Shown one piece after another: positions 10,082 through 20,632 of a stretch of DNA of 64,000 bases. The notes under the pieces were generated by a model, which saw only the letters and a program-made list of their open reading frames with translations, was not told the origin of the DNA and made no database searches. How positions within the stretch are numbered: position 1 is the first letter of the stretch; each line of letters opens with the position of its first letter. Position numbers and translations under genes: made by a program. Origin of the DNA: Dehalococcoidia bacterium (GTDB lineage Bacteria > Chloroflexota > Dehalococcoidia > Lucifugimonadales > UBA3495); NCBI GenBank assembly GCA_965197655.1, contig OZ240220.1:136352-200351 (forward strand), in the 5' to 3' direction.

Positions 10082-13000
10082 TGGTCAGAATGCAAGACAG
10101 AACGGAAGTCCAGGCTACCAACTTTAACGCTATCCGCATTTCCGTCGCCTCTCCGGAACAGATTATAAACTGGTCCCACGGCGAGGTGACCAAGCCGGAG
10201 ACGATCAACTACCGGACGCTGCGCCCGGAAAAGGACGGCCTCTTCTGCGAGCGGCTCTTTGGGCCGACCAAGGACTGGGAGTGCTTCTGCGGCAAGTACA
10301 AGCGCATCCGCTATCGGGGTGTGGTGTGTGACCGCTGCGGCGTAGAAGTTACCCGTTCCAAGGTGCGCCGCGAGCGCATGGGTCACATCCGCTTGGCGGC
10401 GCCGGTAGCGCATATCTGGTTCAGCAAGACCACGCCCAGCCGGCTCGGTTTGCTTCTTGACCTCTCCCCGCGCAACCTGGAGCGGGTTCTCTATTTCGCC
10501 CAGCACATCATAACTTCGGTGGACGATGCAAAGCGGACCGAATTCAAGGATGAAGAACGGCTGAAGTCCGACTTGGAAAAGGAGAAGTTGCAACGGGATA
10601 ACGAGGAAAAGCTCGCCGAGTTGCAGCAAAAGTTGGAGGCTCTGGAAGGCTCCGAGGACCCGGAGGCGATACCGGAAGCCGCCGCGGTTCAAGCCGAAAT
10701 CGATGCCTTGAGCGATGAAGCTGAACGGGAAGAAGGACGGTTTCAGGAACGACTGGATGAGATAGAAAGTGAACTGGATGACCTGAAGCCCCTGAAGATT
10801 CTGGCCGAGTCCAAGTACCGGGAGTTGAAGGAGCGTTTCACCGACGTATTCCAGGCTGGTATGGGCGCCGAGGCCATCCTTGAGATTCTCCGCACCCGTG
10901 ACCTGGAAGCCATCCGGGACGGCTTGGTCAGGGAAATGCGCTCCACCTCCGGCCAGCGGCGCAAGAAGGCTATCAAGCGCCTCCAGGTGGTGGAGTCCTT
11001 CCGGCACAGCGGCAACCGGGTAGAGGATATTATCCTGACCGTGCTGCCAGTGCTGCCGCCTGAGTTGCGCCCAATGGTGCAGTTGGACGGAGGCCGCTTT
11101 GCCACCAGTGACCTGAATGACCTGTACCGGCGGGTGATTAACCGGAACAACCGGCTCAAGCGCCTGATGGACCTGGGCGCGCCGGAAATTATCATCCGCA
11201 ACGAAAAGCGGATGCTTCAAGAGTCGGTGGACGCCCTGATTGACAATGGGCGGCGCGGTCGTCCCATCCAGGGCAGCCACAATCACAAGCTCAAGTCCCT
11301 TTCCGACCTGCTCCGGGGCAAGCAGGGACGCTTCCGCCAGAACCTGTTGGGCAAGCGGGTGGACTACAGCGGCCGGTCGGTCATCGTGGTTGGCCCGGAA
11401 CTGAAGATGCACCAGTGCGGTCTGCCCAAGCGGATGGCCCTGGAGCTGTTCAAGCCCTTTGTGATGCACCGGTTGGTGATGCTGGGCATTTCCCCCAACA
11501 TCAAGAGCGCCAAGCGCATGGTGGAGCGGGCCCGGCCCGAGGTCTGGGACATTCTGGAGGACGTGATCAAGGACCGCCCCGTGATGCTGAACCGGGCGCC
11601 TACCCTGCACCGGCTGGGCATCCAGGCATTTATGCCGGTGCTGATTGAAGGCAACGCCATTCAGATTCATCCCCTGGTTTGTTCCGCCTTCAATGCCGAC
11701 TTTGACGGCGACCAGATGGCGGTGCACGTGCCGTTGTCGCGGATGGCGGTGCACGAGTCCCAGGTGGCGATGCTCAGCACTCACAATATGCTGTCCCCGG
11801 CCTCCGGCGACCCGTTGGTGGCGCCGACCCTGGACATGGTGCTGGGCTGCTATTACCTGACCGAAATTACGGCAAGCCCCAAAGAAAAACCCAGCCGGTT
11901 CTATGACTTTGACGAGGCCCGGATCGCCTTCGCCGCCGGTCACATCGGCTTGCGCGAGCAAATTTACGTGCGGAACATCCCCGGTTGCGACGTTGACAGT
12001 GACAGCACGGACGGCTGGGTGGAAACAACGGTTGGCCGGTTGATTTTCAACGAGATTCTGCCCACCGACCGGATTGGTTTCAAGAATGATGTTTTCAACA
12101 GCCGGAAGATTAAGGAACTGACCGGCGAGTTGTATCAGAAGCTGGGCAATGAAGAGACCGCCGAGGCGCTGGACCGGATAAAGGAATTGGGCTTCCGATA
12201 TGCGACAACCTCGGGCATTACCGTAAGCATTAACGACATCCAGATTTCTGGCGAGAAGGCGCAAATCCTGCAGAAAGCCGATGACCTGGTTGCCGGGTAC
12301 CAGGACCAATATGATTCCGGCCTGATGTCGGAAGATGAAAGGTATGACAGTACCATCGACACCTGGACCGATGCGTCCAACGAGGTGGAGAAACTGGTTG
12401 GTGACAATTTGCAGAACTACGGCGGCATCGGCGTGATGGCCCAGTCCGGCGCCAAGGGTAACATCATGCAGATTAAGCAGATGGCCGGAATGCGCGGGTT
12501 GATGACCAAGCCTACCCGCGACCTCGCGCGGCAGACTATCGAGTTGCCGGTCAGGTCCAGCTTCCGGGAAGGTCTCAGCGGCCTTGAGTATTTCATCTCT
12601 ACCCACGGAGCGCGTAAGGGTCTGACCGATACCGCTCTGAACACCGCCAACAGCGGTTATATGACCCGACGGCTGGTTGACATCGCCCAGGAAGTAATCA
12701 TCCGGGAAGAGGATTGCGACACCTACGATGCTTATACGGTTGACTTGACTGGAGACCGAGGCCGGCTCAATTTCACCCTGTTGGGTCGGATGGCGGCGGA
12801 GCGGGTGAAGATTGATGCAGAGATTGACACTTCCACCGGAGAAATCCTGAAGGATGAGGAAATCCTGGTTGACCGTAATCAGGTGATTGACGACGACGTT
12901 GCCCGGAATGTCCTTGAGGCAGGAATAACCCAAATGCCGGTCAGGTCTCCCCTGACTTGCGAGTCCCGGCGGGGGGTCTGCCAGATGTGCTACGGCCAGT

Positions 13001-14352
13001 TGCCGGCCACGAGAAAACCGGCAGAATTGGGCCAGGCGGTAGGCATTATCGCAGCCCAGAGCATCGGCGAGCCGGGAACCCAGCTTACTATGCGTACCTT
13101 CCATACCGGCGGCGTGGCCGGCGCGGACATTACCACCGGCTTGCCTCGGGTCGAGGAGATTTTCGAGGCGCGGACGCCCAAGAGTTCCGCCCTGCTGTCG
13201 GAAATTGACGGCGAGGCTTTCCTGGAAGACGATGAGAACGGCAGGCGGTTGCGGGTAGTCAGCCGGGAGGTGTATCGGGAGGACTATGCGCGGCCGGAAG
13301 GCGTGGAGTTGTTCGTGTTTGAGGGCGATGAAGTTGAGCCGGGGATGCTGATGGCTGCGACGCTACCTCCGTTAGGTTATGAGGAAGATACCGGCGAAGC
13401 GTATGAGCCGCAGCAGAGCAACGAGGTGGTAGCCAACGTAAAGGGCCAGATTGAATTGTCCCCGGACACCATTTCCATCGTATGGGAGGATGAGGATATC
13501 AGGGAATACAACGTTCCTGCATCGGCCTATCTGCTGGTGGAAAACGGCGACCAGATTAAGGCCGGCGCCCCGCTTACCGCCGGGCCGCTGAATCCTCACG
13601 ATATACTGGACATCCAGGGCACCGATGAGCTGCAACGCTATCTGGTGGACGAAGTGCAGAAGGTTTATCGTTCCCAGGGCGTGGACATCCACGACAAGCA
13701 TATCGAGATAATCCTGCGACAGATGCTGCGCCGGGTGCGGGTTAAGTCCATCGGCGACTCCGACTTCATCCCGGACCAGGTGGTGGACAAGGTCAAGTTC
13801 CAGGAGAATTGCGCCAAGGTGCTGGCTGAAGGCGGGGAACCGGCAACGGCGGAACCGGTGCTGCTGGGCGTTACGCGGGCGTCGCTGCGTACCGATAGCT
13901 TCCTGGCCGCTGCGTCCTTCCAGGAAACCACCCGGGTGCTGACCCAGGCAGCGGTCAGCGGCGCCCATGACTGGCTGGAAGGCTTGAAGGAGAACGTCAT
14001 CATCGGGCGGCTCATTCCGGCCCGGGTAGAGTCAACGGCCCTGGTAGAGGAACCGACGCCGGAAGCCCTGCCTGACCTGAGCGAACTGGCCGAGATTAGC
14101 GAGCTGGTCACCGCCGGTTGGCTGGGTGCCGGCCAAGAATCCACAGCCGGAGCAATGACTTTCGGTATGGGTTCGGGGTCTCGGGTGCCGGACGGTTTCT
14201 CCATGGATGTAGAATCGAACTTCCCCGGCGCTGGCGGCGATGATGAACCCGCCGCCGGAAATATCCTGACCCTCGGCGATGAAATCGGAAACGAGAGCAA
14301 CGGCAACGGGTTTGAGGACTTCTCCCTGGGAGACGAGCCGCCGGTCCTGTAA
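10081..14352 (+). CDS. rpoC: DNA-directed RNA polymerase subunit beta prime, with acidic low-complexity C-terminal tail
   Basis: 1423 aa. Zn-finger [21 protein letters not shown], catalytic [12 protein letters not shown], and bridge-helix/trigger-loop regions. Its start overlaps the rpoB stop (TAATG). Confidence 0.98.
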   Translation: MVRMQDRTEVQATNFNAIRISVASPEQIINWSHGEVTKPETINYRTLRPEKDGLFCERLFGPTKDWECFCGKYKRIRYRGVVCDRCGVEVTRSKVRRERMGHIRLAAPVAHIWFSKTTPSRLGLLLDLSPRNLERVLYFAQHIITSVDDAKRTEFKDEERLKSDLEKEKLQRDNEEKLAELQQKLEALEGSEDPEAIPEAAAVQAEIDALSDEAEREEGRFQERLDEIESELDDLKPLKILAESKYRELKERFTDVFQAGMGAEAILEILRTRDLEAIRDGLVREMRSTSGQRRKKAIKRLQVVESFRHSGNRVEDIILTVLPVLPPELRPMVQLDGGRFATSDLNDLYRRVINRNNRLKRLMDLGAPEIIIRNEKRMLQESVDALIDNGRRGRPIQGSHNHKLKSLSDLLRGKQGRFRQNLLGKRVDYSGRSVIVVGPELKMHQCGLPKRMALELFKPFVMHRLVMLGISPNIKSAKRMVERARPEVWDILEDVIKDRPVMLNRAPTLHRLGIQAFMPVLIEGNAIQIHPLVCSAFNADFDGDQMAVHVPLSRMAVHESQVAMLSTHNMLSPASGDPLVAPTLDMVLGCYYLTEITASPKEKPSRFYDFDEARIAFAAGHIGLREQIYVRNIPGCDVDSDSTDGWVETTVGRLIFNEILPTDRIGFKNDVFNSRKIKELTGELYQKLGNEETAEALDRIKELGFRYATTSGITVSINDIQISGEKAQILQKADDLVAGYQDQYDSGLMSEDERYDSTIDTWTDASNEVEKLVGDNLQNYGGIGVMAQSGAKGNIMQIKQMAGMRGLMTKPTRDLARQTIELPVRSSFREGLSGLEYFISTHGARKGLTDTALNTANSGYMTRRLVDIAQEVIIREEDCDTYDAYTVDLTGDRGRLNFTLLGRMAAERVKIDAEIDTSTGEILKDEEILVDRNQVIDDDVARNVLEAGITQMPVRSPLTCESRRGVCQMCYGQLPATRKPAELGQAVGIIAAQSIGEPGTQLTMRTFHTGGVAGADITTGLPRVEEIFEARTPKSSALLSEIDGEAFLEDDENGRRLRVVSREVYREDYARPEGVELFVFEGDEVEPGMLMAATLPPLGYEEDTGEAYEPQQSNEVVANVKGQIELSPDTISIVWEDEDIREYNVPASAYLLVENGDQIKAGAPLTAGPLNPHDILDIQGTDELQRYLVDEVQKVYRSQGVDIHDKHIEIILRQMLRRVRVKSIGDSDFIPDQVVDKVKFQENCAKVLAEGGEPATAEPVLLGVTRASLRTDSFLAAASFQETTRVLTQAAVSGAHDWLEGLKENVIIGRLIPARVESTALVEEPTPEALPDLSELAEISELVTAGWLGAGQESTAGAMTFGMGSGSRVPDGFSMDVESNFPGAGGDDEPAAGNILTLGDEIGNESNGNGFEDFSLGDEPPVL

Positions 14353-14372
14353 CGCTGCTGAAAGGGGGCGCC

Positions 14373-15395
14373 GTGTCAACTATGGAAATGGCAGGAGACG
14401 ATTTTTCGATCTCGGTCTCGGCCAATGGGCTTTCGGTTGACTTGGCGCCCCAACATCCCCGGCATCTGAAACTTTCCAACCCGGTGATGATTGCCTCCGG
14501 CACCTTTGGCTATGACGGCTATGGCCGGGGGTTGACCCCGGAAATGGACCTGAGCCGGTTGGGGGCAGTCATACCGAAGACCGTCACCCGCCAGCCACGG
14601 GAAGGCAACCCCGAACCCCGCTGGTATCCCGACTCCTTTCGGGTAGCTCGTGAAAGCGGCGAGCCGGTCCTCCTCAACGCCATCGGCCTGACTAATCCCG
14701 GCATTGAAGCTGCCCTCAGTGAGCTGGCTCCCCAATGGGCCGAATGGGACGCTACCGTCCTGCTCAGCCTGTCCGCCGACAGCGTTGACCAGTTCGGCGA
14801 GATGGCAAAGATGACCCGGGGGGTTGACGGGTTTGCGGCCATTGAGTTGAACTTGAGCTGCCCTAACGTGGAGCAGGGAGACTTGTTCAGCTACAGCGCC
14901 AAGGCCACGTTTCAAGCGGTCAACGCCGTTAAGGACTATGCTGAAACCCCGGTGCTGGTCAAGCTGGCCCCCAACGTGCCGGACCTAACTCCCATAGCCA
15001 GGGCTGCAGTAGAAGCCGGCGCCGACGCCCTCACCATTTCCAACACCATCCCGGCAATGACCATTGACGTGGAAACCCGCCGGCCAGCGCTGGGCAATGT
15101 TACCGGCGGGCTTTCCGGCCCCGGCCTGCACCCGGTAGCCGTGGCCCTGGTTTACCGCACCGCTCAGGCATTAAAGAAGGAGGGTGTGGGCGTGCCGATT
15201 ATCGGCGTGGGCGGCATTTTCACCGCTAAGGATGCTTTAGAGTTCATCCTGGCCGGCGCCACGGCGGTGCAAGTCGGCAGCGCCAACCTGGCCGACCTTT
15301 GGGCGCCTTTCAATATACTGGAGGAAATGCAGATATACCTGGGTGAACGGGGCGTCACTGACATCCGGGAGCTTATCGGGGCGGTCCAAGTGTAA
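14373..15395 (+). CDS. pyrD: dihydroorotate dehydrogenase, class 1B-like catalytic subunit
   Basis: 340 aa, GTG start after AAAGGGGG. Motifs NPVMIASGTFGY, IELNLSCPN, ISNT and GVGGI. Confidence 0.85.
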   Translation: MSTMEMAGDDFSISVSANGLSVDLAPQHPRHLKLSNPVMIASGTFGYDGYGRGLTPEMDLSRLGAVIPKTVTRQPREGNPEPRWYPDSFRVARESGEPVLLNAIGLTNPGIEAALSELAPQWAEWDATVLLSLSADSVDQFGEMAKMTRGVDGFAAIELNLSCPNVEQGDLFSYSAKATFQAVNAVKDYAETPVLVKLAPNVPDLTPIARAAVEAGADALTISNTIPAMTIDVETRRPALGNVTGGLSGPGLHPVAVALVYRTAQALKKEGVGVPIIGVGGIFTAKDALEFILAGATAVQVGSANLADLWAPFNILEEMQIYLGERGVTDIRELIGAVQV

Positions 15396-15480
15396 ACCGG
15401 GATTCCGGTTAGTCAGCGTAAAAGGTTAGGGGCGGGTTTCAAACCATCTTTTCCAACTAACTCGCCTGCTCAACTGGGAA

Positions 15481-15591
15481 GCAAGTTATCCGTCGTTCCT
15501 GCGAAGGCAGGAACTTCTGGTCTAAAGGTTTTAGGTTCCTGCCTTCGCAGGAACGACGCGAAAGGGCCATTTCTATTCATGTGCGATTGCC
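15481..15591. repeat. palindromic repeat, family 2 (CGTCGTTCCTGCGAAGGCAGGAAC / GTTCCTGCCTTCGCAGGAACGACG, ending TGCGATTGCC)
   Basis: Inverted cores at 15490-15514 and 15535-15558. Same family as 52806-52903, 56713-56975, 59175-59326 and 63762-63893. Confidence 0.8.
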
Positions 15592-15623
15592 TCGGAGATT
15601 CCGGTTAGTCAGCGTAAAAGGTT

Positions 15624-15654
15624 AGGGGCGGGTTTGAAACCCGCCCCTGTTTTT
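15624..15654 (+). terminator. rho-independent terminator (pyrD side; hairpin also usable from the convergent Clp gene)
   Basis: AGGGGCGGGTTT-g-AAACCCGCCCCT, 12-bp arms, followed by GTTTTTG. Confidence 0.6.
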
Positions 15655-15689
15655 GCGCCTTTAGGATTATCGCCAGCGCATTGTTCCGG

Positions 15690-18131
15690 CTAGGCGGCAG
15701 CCGACATTGCCTTGCCCAAGCGCAGCCCCGACTCGCCGGTGTCCACCACCAGATGGTCGCCGGCCCGGAACTCGCCGGACAGAATACCTTTGGACAGCGG
15801 GTTTTCCAGGTGACGTTGGAGGGACCGGCGCAGGGGGCGCGCTCCATACACCGGGTCGAAGCCCTCCTCGGCCAACCAGGCGGCAGCGGCTTCGGTCAAC
15901 TCAAAGGTGATTTCCTGTTCCTGCAACCGCAAGGCCACGTCCTTGATCATCAAGCCCACCACCCGCACAATTTGCTCTCTGGTCAGCGGGTGGAAGATTA
16001 TGGTCTCGTCAATCCGGTTCAGGAACTCGGGCCGGAAGGCTTGCTTCAGGGCGTCGTTGACCGACTTTTCCAGCCGGTCCTTCACGTCTTCCGGCGACGG
16101 TCCGGCCGGGTTAAAGCCGAAGCCCTGCCGGTTCAGGTAGCTCGTGCCCAAGTTGCTGGTCATTATAACCACCGTATTCCGAAAATCGACGGTTCTGCCG
16201 TGACCGTCGGTCAGCCGGCCGTCCTCCAGTATTTGCAGCAGGATGTTGAACACCTCCGGGTGGGCCTTCTCAATTTCATCGAAAAGGATAACCCGGTAGG
16301 GCCGGCGGCGCACCGCCTCGGTCAACTGCCCGCCCTCGTCGTACCCGACGTAGCCCGGTGGCGCACCGACCAGACGGGAGACGGTGTGCTTCTCCATGTA
16401 CTCGGACATATCAATCCGCACCATGTTGCTTTCGTCATCGAAGAGAAACTCGGCCAGGGCTTTGGACAACTCCGTCTTGCCCACTCCGGTCGGCCCCAGG
16501 AAAATGAAACTGCCGATGGGCCGCCGGGGGTTGCTGAGGCCGGAGCGGGAGCGGCGGATGGCCTCGGAAACGGCGGTAACCGCTTCCTCCTGTCCGATTA
16601 GCCGTTCGTGCAGGGTATCTTCCATCTGTACCAGCCGCTGCGCTTCCTGCTCCAGCAGCCGGCCGGTGGGGATGCCGGTCCAACTGGATACCAGGTCGGC
16701 GATGTCCCTTTCGTCCACCACCATGTCAATTTTCCGGTCCTGCTGGAGCCTGGCCCGTTCCGTTTCATACTCCTCTGTCAGCTTGAGCCGCTCGGTCCTG
16801 AGTTGGGCGGCTTGTTCGTATTCCGAGCGTTGGGCCGCGGCCTCTTCCTGGTCGGCTAGCTGACGGATGCGGTTTTCCAGTTCCTGGAAATTGTGAGGCA
16901 AACCCTCGGCGTCAATCCGCAGCTTGCTGGCCGCTTCGTCGATGAAGTCTATGGCCTTATCCGGCAGTTGCCGGGAGGTGATATAGCGGTCGCTAAGGCG
17001 GGCCGCTGCAACCAGGGCCGAATCGTCAATCTTGACCTTGTGGTGCGCTTCGTAGCGGGGGCGCAGGGCCTCTAGGATTAGCACCGTTTCTTCCACGGTT
17101 GGTTCTTCCAGGTAAACCGGCTGGAAGCGGCGTTCCAGGGCCGCGTCCTTCTCGATGTAGCGGCGGTACTCGTCGGCGGTGGTGGCCCCGATGCACTGGA
17201 GTTCGCCCCGGGCCAGGGCCGGTTTCAGCAGGTTGCTGGCGTCAATGCCGCCCTCAGCAGCGCCGGCGCCTACCATGGTGTGAATCTCATCCAGGAAGAG
17301 GATGATTTCTCCCTGGCCTTGCTTTACCTCGTCCATTACGGCCTTGAGCCGTTCCTCGAACTCGCCGCGGAACTTGGAGCCGGCCACCAGCGCGCCCATA
17401 TCCAGGGCCAGCACCCGCCGGCCTTTCAGCGAATCGGGTACGTCGCCGGTGGCAACCCGGGCGGCCAAACCCTCGGCGATGGCGGTCTTGCCCACGCCGG
17501 CTTCGCCGATGATGACCGGGTTGTTCTTCTTGCGCCGGGTCAGGGTTTGCGTCACCCGCCGGATTTCGGCGTCCCGCCCGATGACCGGGTCCAGCTTGCC
17601 TTCCCGGGCCAGCTTGGTCAGGTCGATGCTGTATTTTTCCAACGCCCGGTAGCGGCTCTCCGCCCGGGGGTCGTCAACCCGGTGGCCGCCGCGGATGGTG
17701 GTCAACGCCTGGTAAACTCGTTCCTGGTCCAGGCCGAACTCTTGAACAACGCGGGCCGAGTCGCCCTGGGGTTCCCGCAGGGCGGCGATGAAGAGGTGCT
17801 CGACGCTGATATATTCGTCCTTCAGCCTTTGCGACTCTTCCCGTGCCGTGTCCAGCAGCCGTTGGATGCGGGGTGTGGTGTATATCTGGTTGGCCGGCTG
17901 GGCCAGCTTGGGCGACGCTTCCAGCACTTGCTCCAGCCGGGACTTGACGGCGGCGGTCGAAACCCCCAACTCCGCCAGTATTTTCGCCGGGATGCCCGCT
18001 TCCTCCGCTACCAAGGCGAGGAAAATATGCTCCACGTCCCACTGGCTGTGCCGGTAACGGCGGACCAATTCCTGGGAGTTCTGCAACGCCTGTTGCGCTT
18101 GTTCGGTAAAGTCGTCTGCTCTTAAAGTCAT
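15690..18131 (-). CDS. Clp/Hsp100 AAA+ chaperone, ClpB/ClpC family with a short ClpC-length middle domain
   Basis: 813 aa. Two Clp_N repeats, two Walker A sites ([16 protein letters not shown]), a UVR-like [12 protein letters not shown], and the sensor motif GARPLRR. Confidence 0.9.
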   Translation of the reverse strand: MTLRADDFTEQAQQALQNSQELVRRYRHSQWDVEHIFLALVAEEAGIPAKILAELGVSTAAVKSRLEQVLEASPKLAQPANQIYTTPRIQRLLDTAREESQRLKDEYISVEHLFIAALREPQGDSARVVQEFGLDQERVYQALTTIRGGHRVDDPRAESRYRALEKYSIDLTKLAREGKLDPVIGRDAEIRRVTQTLTRRKKNNPVIIGEAGVGKTAIAEGLAARVATGDVPDSLKGRRVLALDMGALVAGSKFRGEFEERLKAVMDEVKQGQGEIILFLDEIHTMVGAGAAEGGIDASNLLKPALARGELQCIGATTADEYRRYIEKDAALERRFQPVYLEEPTVEETVLILEALRPRYEAHHKVKIDDSALVAAARLSDRYITSRQLPDKAIDFIDEAASKLRIDAEGLPHNFQELENRIRQLADQEEAAAQRSEYEQAAQLRTERLKLTEEYETERARLQQDRKIDMVVDERDIADLVSSWTGIPTGRLLEQEAQRLVQMEDTLHERLIGQEEAVTAVSEAIRRSRSGLSNPRRPIGSFIFLGPTGVGKTELSKALAEFLFDDESNMVRIDMSEYMEKHTVSRLVGAPPGYVGYDEGGQLTEAVRRRPYRVILFDEIEKAHPEVFNILLQILEDGRLTDGHGRTVDFRNTVVIMTSNLGTSYLNRQGFGFNPAGPSPEDVKDRLEKSVNDALKQAFRPEFLNRIDETIIFHPLTREQIVRVVGLMIKDVALRLQEQEITFELTEAAAAWLAEEGFDPVYGARPLRRSLQRHLENPLSKGILSGEFRAGDHLVVDTGESGLRLGKAMSAAA

Positions 18132-18227
18132 TAGTTCATCTCCTGGTTGCCATTAGTAGGACCGGTTCCCGTAGTTATTGGTGGGGAACCTTAGGCTTGC
18201 TTGATTAAATCCGGCAAGGACGATGGG

Positions 18228-18593
18228 CTATGGGCCGGTTCCTGGCCGTCTTCGGTTCGTCGTAGGAGTTGCGCCCCGCTGCCGGCGCAGTTCGTTAACC
18301 GCCTCGGAAAGGGTTTGAACCTCTTGTTCCAACTCGTCGATGCGAGCCATTAGCTTCAGGGCTACCTCCGCCCCGGCCAGGTTCATACCCATATCCTCGG
18401 TAAAGGTCCTGATGCGGCGCAGCCGTTCAATATCGGCTGGCGAATAGAGTCGCTGCCGGCCGATGGTGCGCGAAGGCCAGATGAGGCCCACCCGCTCGTA
18501 ATAGCGCAGGGTCTGGGCGTGGAGGCCCACCATCCGGGCGGCGATGCTGATGACGAAACAGGGTTCGTCTATAGGTTCTCTCTGATAAGCCAT
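18228..18593 (-). CDS. hspR: MerR-family heat-shock repressor (HspR-like)
   Basis: 121 aa. MerR HTH (ISIAARMVGLHAQTLRYYERVGLIWPSR). Sits 2 nt downstream of the J-protein gene, in a heat-shock context. Confidence 0.8.
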   Translation of the reverse strand: MAYQREPIDEPCFVISIAARMVGLHAQTLRYYERVGLIWPSRTIGRQRLYSPADIERLRRIRTFTEDMGMNLAGAEVALKLMARIDELEQEVQTLSEAVNELRRQRGATPTTNRRRPGTGP

Positions 18594-18595
18594 GA

Positions 18596-19549
18596 TTACT
18601 TCCTCCGGCTGCTCCGCAGTTCCTTCAGTTGGCGGAACAGGTCTTCCTCTTCCGGGGTAAGGTCGGTGGGCAGGACTGCCTTGACGGTGGCGAAGAGGCT
18701 GCCCCTGGCGTCGGGCTGGTTAAGTTCGGGCATACCCTGGCCGGACAAACGGAAACGCTGCCCGTTCTGGGTACCGGGCGGGATGGTTAAAGCCACGCGT
18801 CCGCTGAGAGTTGGCACGGTTACTTCCGTACCCAGGGCCAGGTCTTCCAGGTCAATTTCAATTTCGGAGTAAAGGTCTTTCCCCTTGCGCTCGAACCTGG
18901 GATGCGCCATTACGGTCACCGACAGGTAGAAATCCCCGGTTCGACCTCTGCCGGCGGGGACTCCGCCAGCGGGAATGTGGACCCGCGACCCGGTGTCCAC
19001 TCCGGGGGGAATCTTGACCTCCAGGCGGCGCCCGTCGGGGAGGTTTACCAGGCGGGTAGCGCCTTCGGCGGCTTCGGCCAGGGTAATCTCCACCGGATAT
19101 TCCTCTGCCGGCCTGGGGCCGGGTCGGGCTGGCCGCTCCGAACCCAGGTTGTTGAACAGCCGGTCGAAAATGTCATCGGAGCCGATGTCTCCCATGTCAC
19201 CTGTGCCACCCATGCCGCCAATGTCGAACCGGACCGATGCAGGGTCGAAATCCCCCATGTTGTAGAAGTGATAACCGCTCCGCCCCCGGTTGCGGGACTG
19301 AGCTTCCGCCTCTTCAATCCGGTCTGCCTGCATCCAGCGGTCGCCGTACTTGTCGTACTTGCTCCGCTTTTCCGAATCGGACAGGACGCCGTGAGCTTCG
19401 TTAATCTGCTTGAATTTTTCTTCGGCCCCGGAGTCGCCCGGGTTTACGTCCGGGTGATACTGGCGGGCCAGCTTGCGGTAAGCCTGCCGAATCTCCTTGT
19501 CCCCGGCATCGCGGGCTACCCCCAGCACATCGTAATAATTAGCAGCCAT
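18596..19549 (-). CDS. cbpA: J-domain co-chaperone without zinc finger (CbpA-type DnaJ)
   Basis: Start moved to ATG 19549 (MAANYYDVLGV). Has the HPD motif (YHPDVNP) and DnaJ C-terminal domains. No CxxCxGxG repeats. Confidence 0.85.
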   Translation of the reverse strand: MAANYYDVLGVARDAGDKEIRQAYRKLARQYHPDVNPGDSGAEEKFKQINEAHGVLSDSEKRSKYDKYGDRWMQADRIEEAEAQSRNRGRSGYHFYNMGDFDPASVRFDIGGMGGTGDMGDIGSDDIFDRLFNNLGSERPARPGPRPAEEYPVEITLAEAAEGATRLVNLPDGRRLEVKIPPGVDTGSRVHIPAGGVPAGRGRTGDFYLSVTVMAHPRFERKGKDLYSEIEIDLEDLALGTEVTVPTLSGRVALTIPPGTQNGQRFRLSGQGMPELNQPDARGSLFATVKAVLPTDLTPEEEDLFRQLKELRSSRRK

Positions 19550-19593
19550 AAATAAACAAATGCCCCATATAAGATAGGGTAACTGATATGATG

Positions 19594-19622
19594 ATATTAA
19601 GTCGTTTAACACTAAAAGTCAA
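19594..19622 (-). promoter_or_regulatory. candidate promoter of the cbpA-hspR-clp operon
   Basis: Minus strand TTGACT (19622-19617), 17-nt spacer, TAATAT (19599-19594). Confidence 0.45.
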
Positions 19623-19648
19623 TAAAACTGATATATAAAAATAAGATA

Positions 19649-19668
19649 CTTGACAATATATACTCAAG
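19649..19668. promoter_or_regulatory. HAIR-like inverted repeat (candidate HspR operator)
   Basis: CTTGACA-ATATAT-ACTCAAG. On the minus strand this reads CTTGAGT-ATATAT-TGTCAAG, against the HAIR consensus CTTGAGT-N7-ACTCAAG. Confidence 0.55.
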
Positions 19669-19678
19669 TAATTACAAT
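19650..19678 (+). promoter_or_regulatory. candidate hsp20 promoter overlapping the HAIR-like operator
   Basis: TTGACA (19650-19655), 17-nt spacer, TACAAT (19673-19678). Confidence 0.55.
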
Positions 19679-19740
19679 TGGATTTGCCAGATTGATACAG
19701 AGCGCATCAACTTTCCTGGCGAAATTAAAGGAGGACTATT

Positions 19741-20196
19741 ATGCCGTATGGAATCTGTTATCCCTCCAGGGAGCTGAGCCGGTCGCAGCCGGTTAGGAGC
19801 TATTCCCAGTGGGGGGTTGTCCCGGTCAGGGGCGTCGGTCGTAGAGCTGGAGGCTGGTCAATTACACTGGACGTGGTTCAGGAGGAGGATGCGATAATCG
19901 TTGAAGCCTCGCTGCCCGGGGTCAACCCGGATGACATCAAAGTCTCTATCGATAAGGATGTTTTGACCATTCGCGGTGAGACCGGCGGGGAACGGGGGCG
20001 CAATTACCTGGCGCGGGAACGCCGGGTCGGGGCCTTCCACCGCTCCCTGCGCTTGCCCGACACCCTGGACACCGATAATGCCCAGTCTCGCTACGTCAAC
20101 GGTGTGCTGACCATTACCTTCCCCAAGCTGGAGGCTACGCTGCCCCGGCAGCTGGAGGTAACCGTAGGCGACGCCCCGGAGGATGAAAAGTCCTAA
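19741..20196 (+). CDS. small heat-shock protein (Hsp20/alpha-crystallin family)
   Basis: 151 aa, RBS AAAGGAGG. Alpha-crystallin domain motifs (IIVEASLPGVNPDDIKVSI, FHRSLRLP, NGVLTITFPK). Confidence 0.85.
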   Translation: MPYGICYPSRELSRSQPVRSYSQWGVVPVRGVGRRAGGWSITLDVVQEEDAIIVEASLPGVNPDDIKVSIDKDVLTIRGETGGERGRNYLARERRVGAFHRSLRLPDTLDTDNAQSRYVNGVLTITFPKLEATLPRQLEVTVGDAPEDEKS

Positions 20197-20256
20197 ACCC
20201 GAACGGGCCGTAGCCCTGGCATAAACCCCGGTTAATCTCAGGGCCGGTTAATCTCA

Positions 20257-20289
20257 GGGATGGAGAGTCGCGACTCTCCATCCCTTTTT
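20257..20289 (+). terminator. rho-independent terminator after hsp20
   Basis: GGGATGGAGAGTCG/CGACTCTCCATCCC hairpin followed by TTTTTGG. Preceded by a tandem CCGGTTAATCTCAGGG x2. Confidence 0.65.
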
Positions 20290-20427
20290 GGGGGGCCCTT
20301 TTGTGGGGGCCAATAGTTATCTGGGGGCTGTCGGAATCGGTTGAAGGGCCGTTTGCCTGGGCCGGTTCTCAATCCCTTCCGGGAAAACGGGAAACCACCG
20401 GCAGTTTGATGGATACTGCAATTGCGC

Positions 20428-20456
20428 TTGAGAGTTTGCCCGGAAAGTGCTAGAAT
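20428..20456 (+). promoter_or_regulatory. candidate promoter for tRNA-Asn
   Basis: TTGAGA, 17-nt spacer, TAGAAT, about 58 nt upstream of the tRNA. Confidence 0.35.
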
Positions 20457-20514
20457 TCCTATTGCTGTTTACTTCCCGCCGTCCACTCCAGCGGCGCCTC
20501 TACAGCATCTGCGT

Positions 20515-20589
20515 TCCCCAGTAGCTCAGCGGTAGAGCGGGCGGCTGTTAACCGCTAGGTCGCAGGTTCGAATCCTGCCTGGGGAGCCA
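20515..20589 (+). tRNA. tRNA-Asn (anticodon GTT), CCA encoded
   Basis: Cloverleaf folded by hand. Acceptor TCCCCAG/CTGGGGA, D stem GCTC/GAGC, anticodon loop CTGTTAA, T arm GCAGG-TTCGAAT-CCTGC, then G-CCA. Confidence 0.95.
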
Positions 20590-20632
20590 AATCCCTTTCC
20601 CTCTTTTGCTTCTTGAACCTCTTTAGTTCCGC

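Noticed and set aside
10078-13104. 1008-aa ORF antisense to rpoC. Similar long antisense ORFs lie at 7190-8503 and 8675-9976 (in rpoB), 15681-16601 and 17280-18125 (in the Clp ATPase gene), 31254-32342, 43247-44314, 44541-45797, 48912-49418 and 60115-61161.
   Set aside because: These are shadow ORFs typical of high-GC DNA. They lie opposite genes with unmistakable conserved motifs. Their translations are low-complexity and rich in Arg, Gly, Pro and Ala, with no start context.
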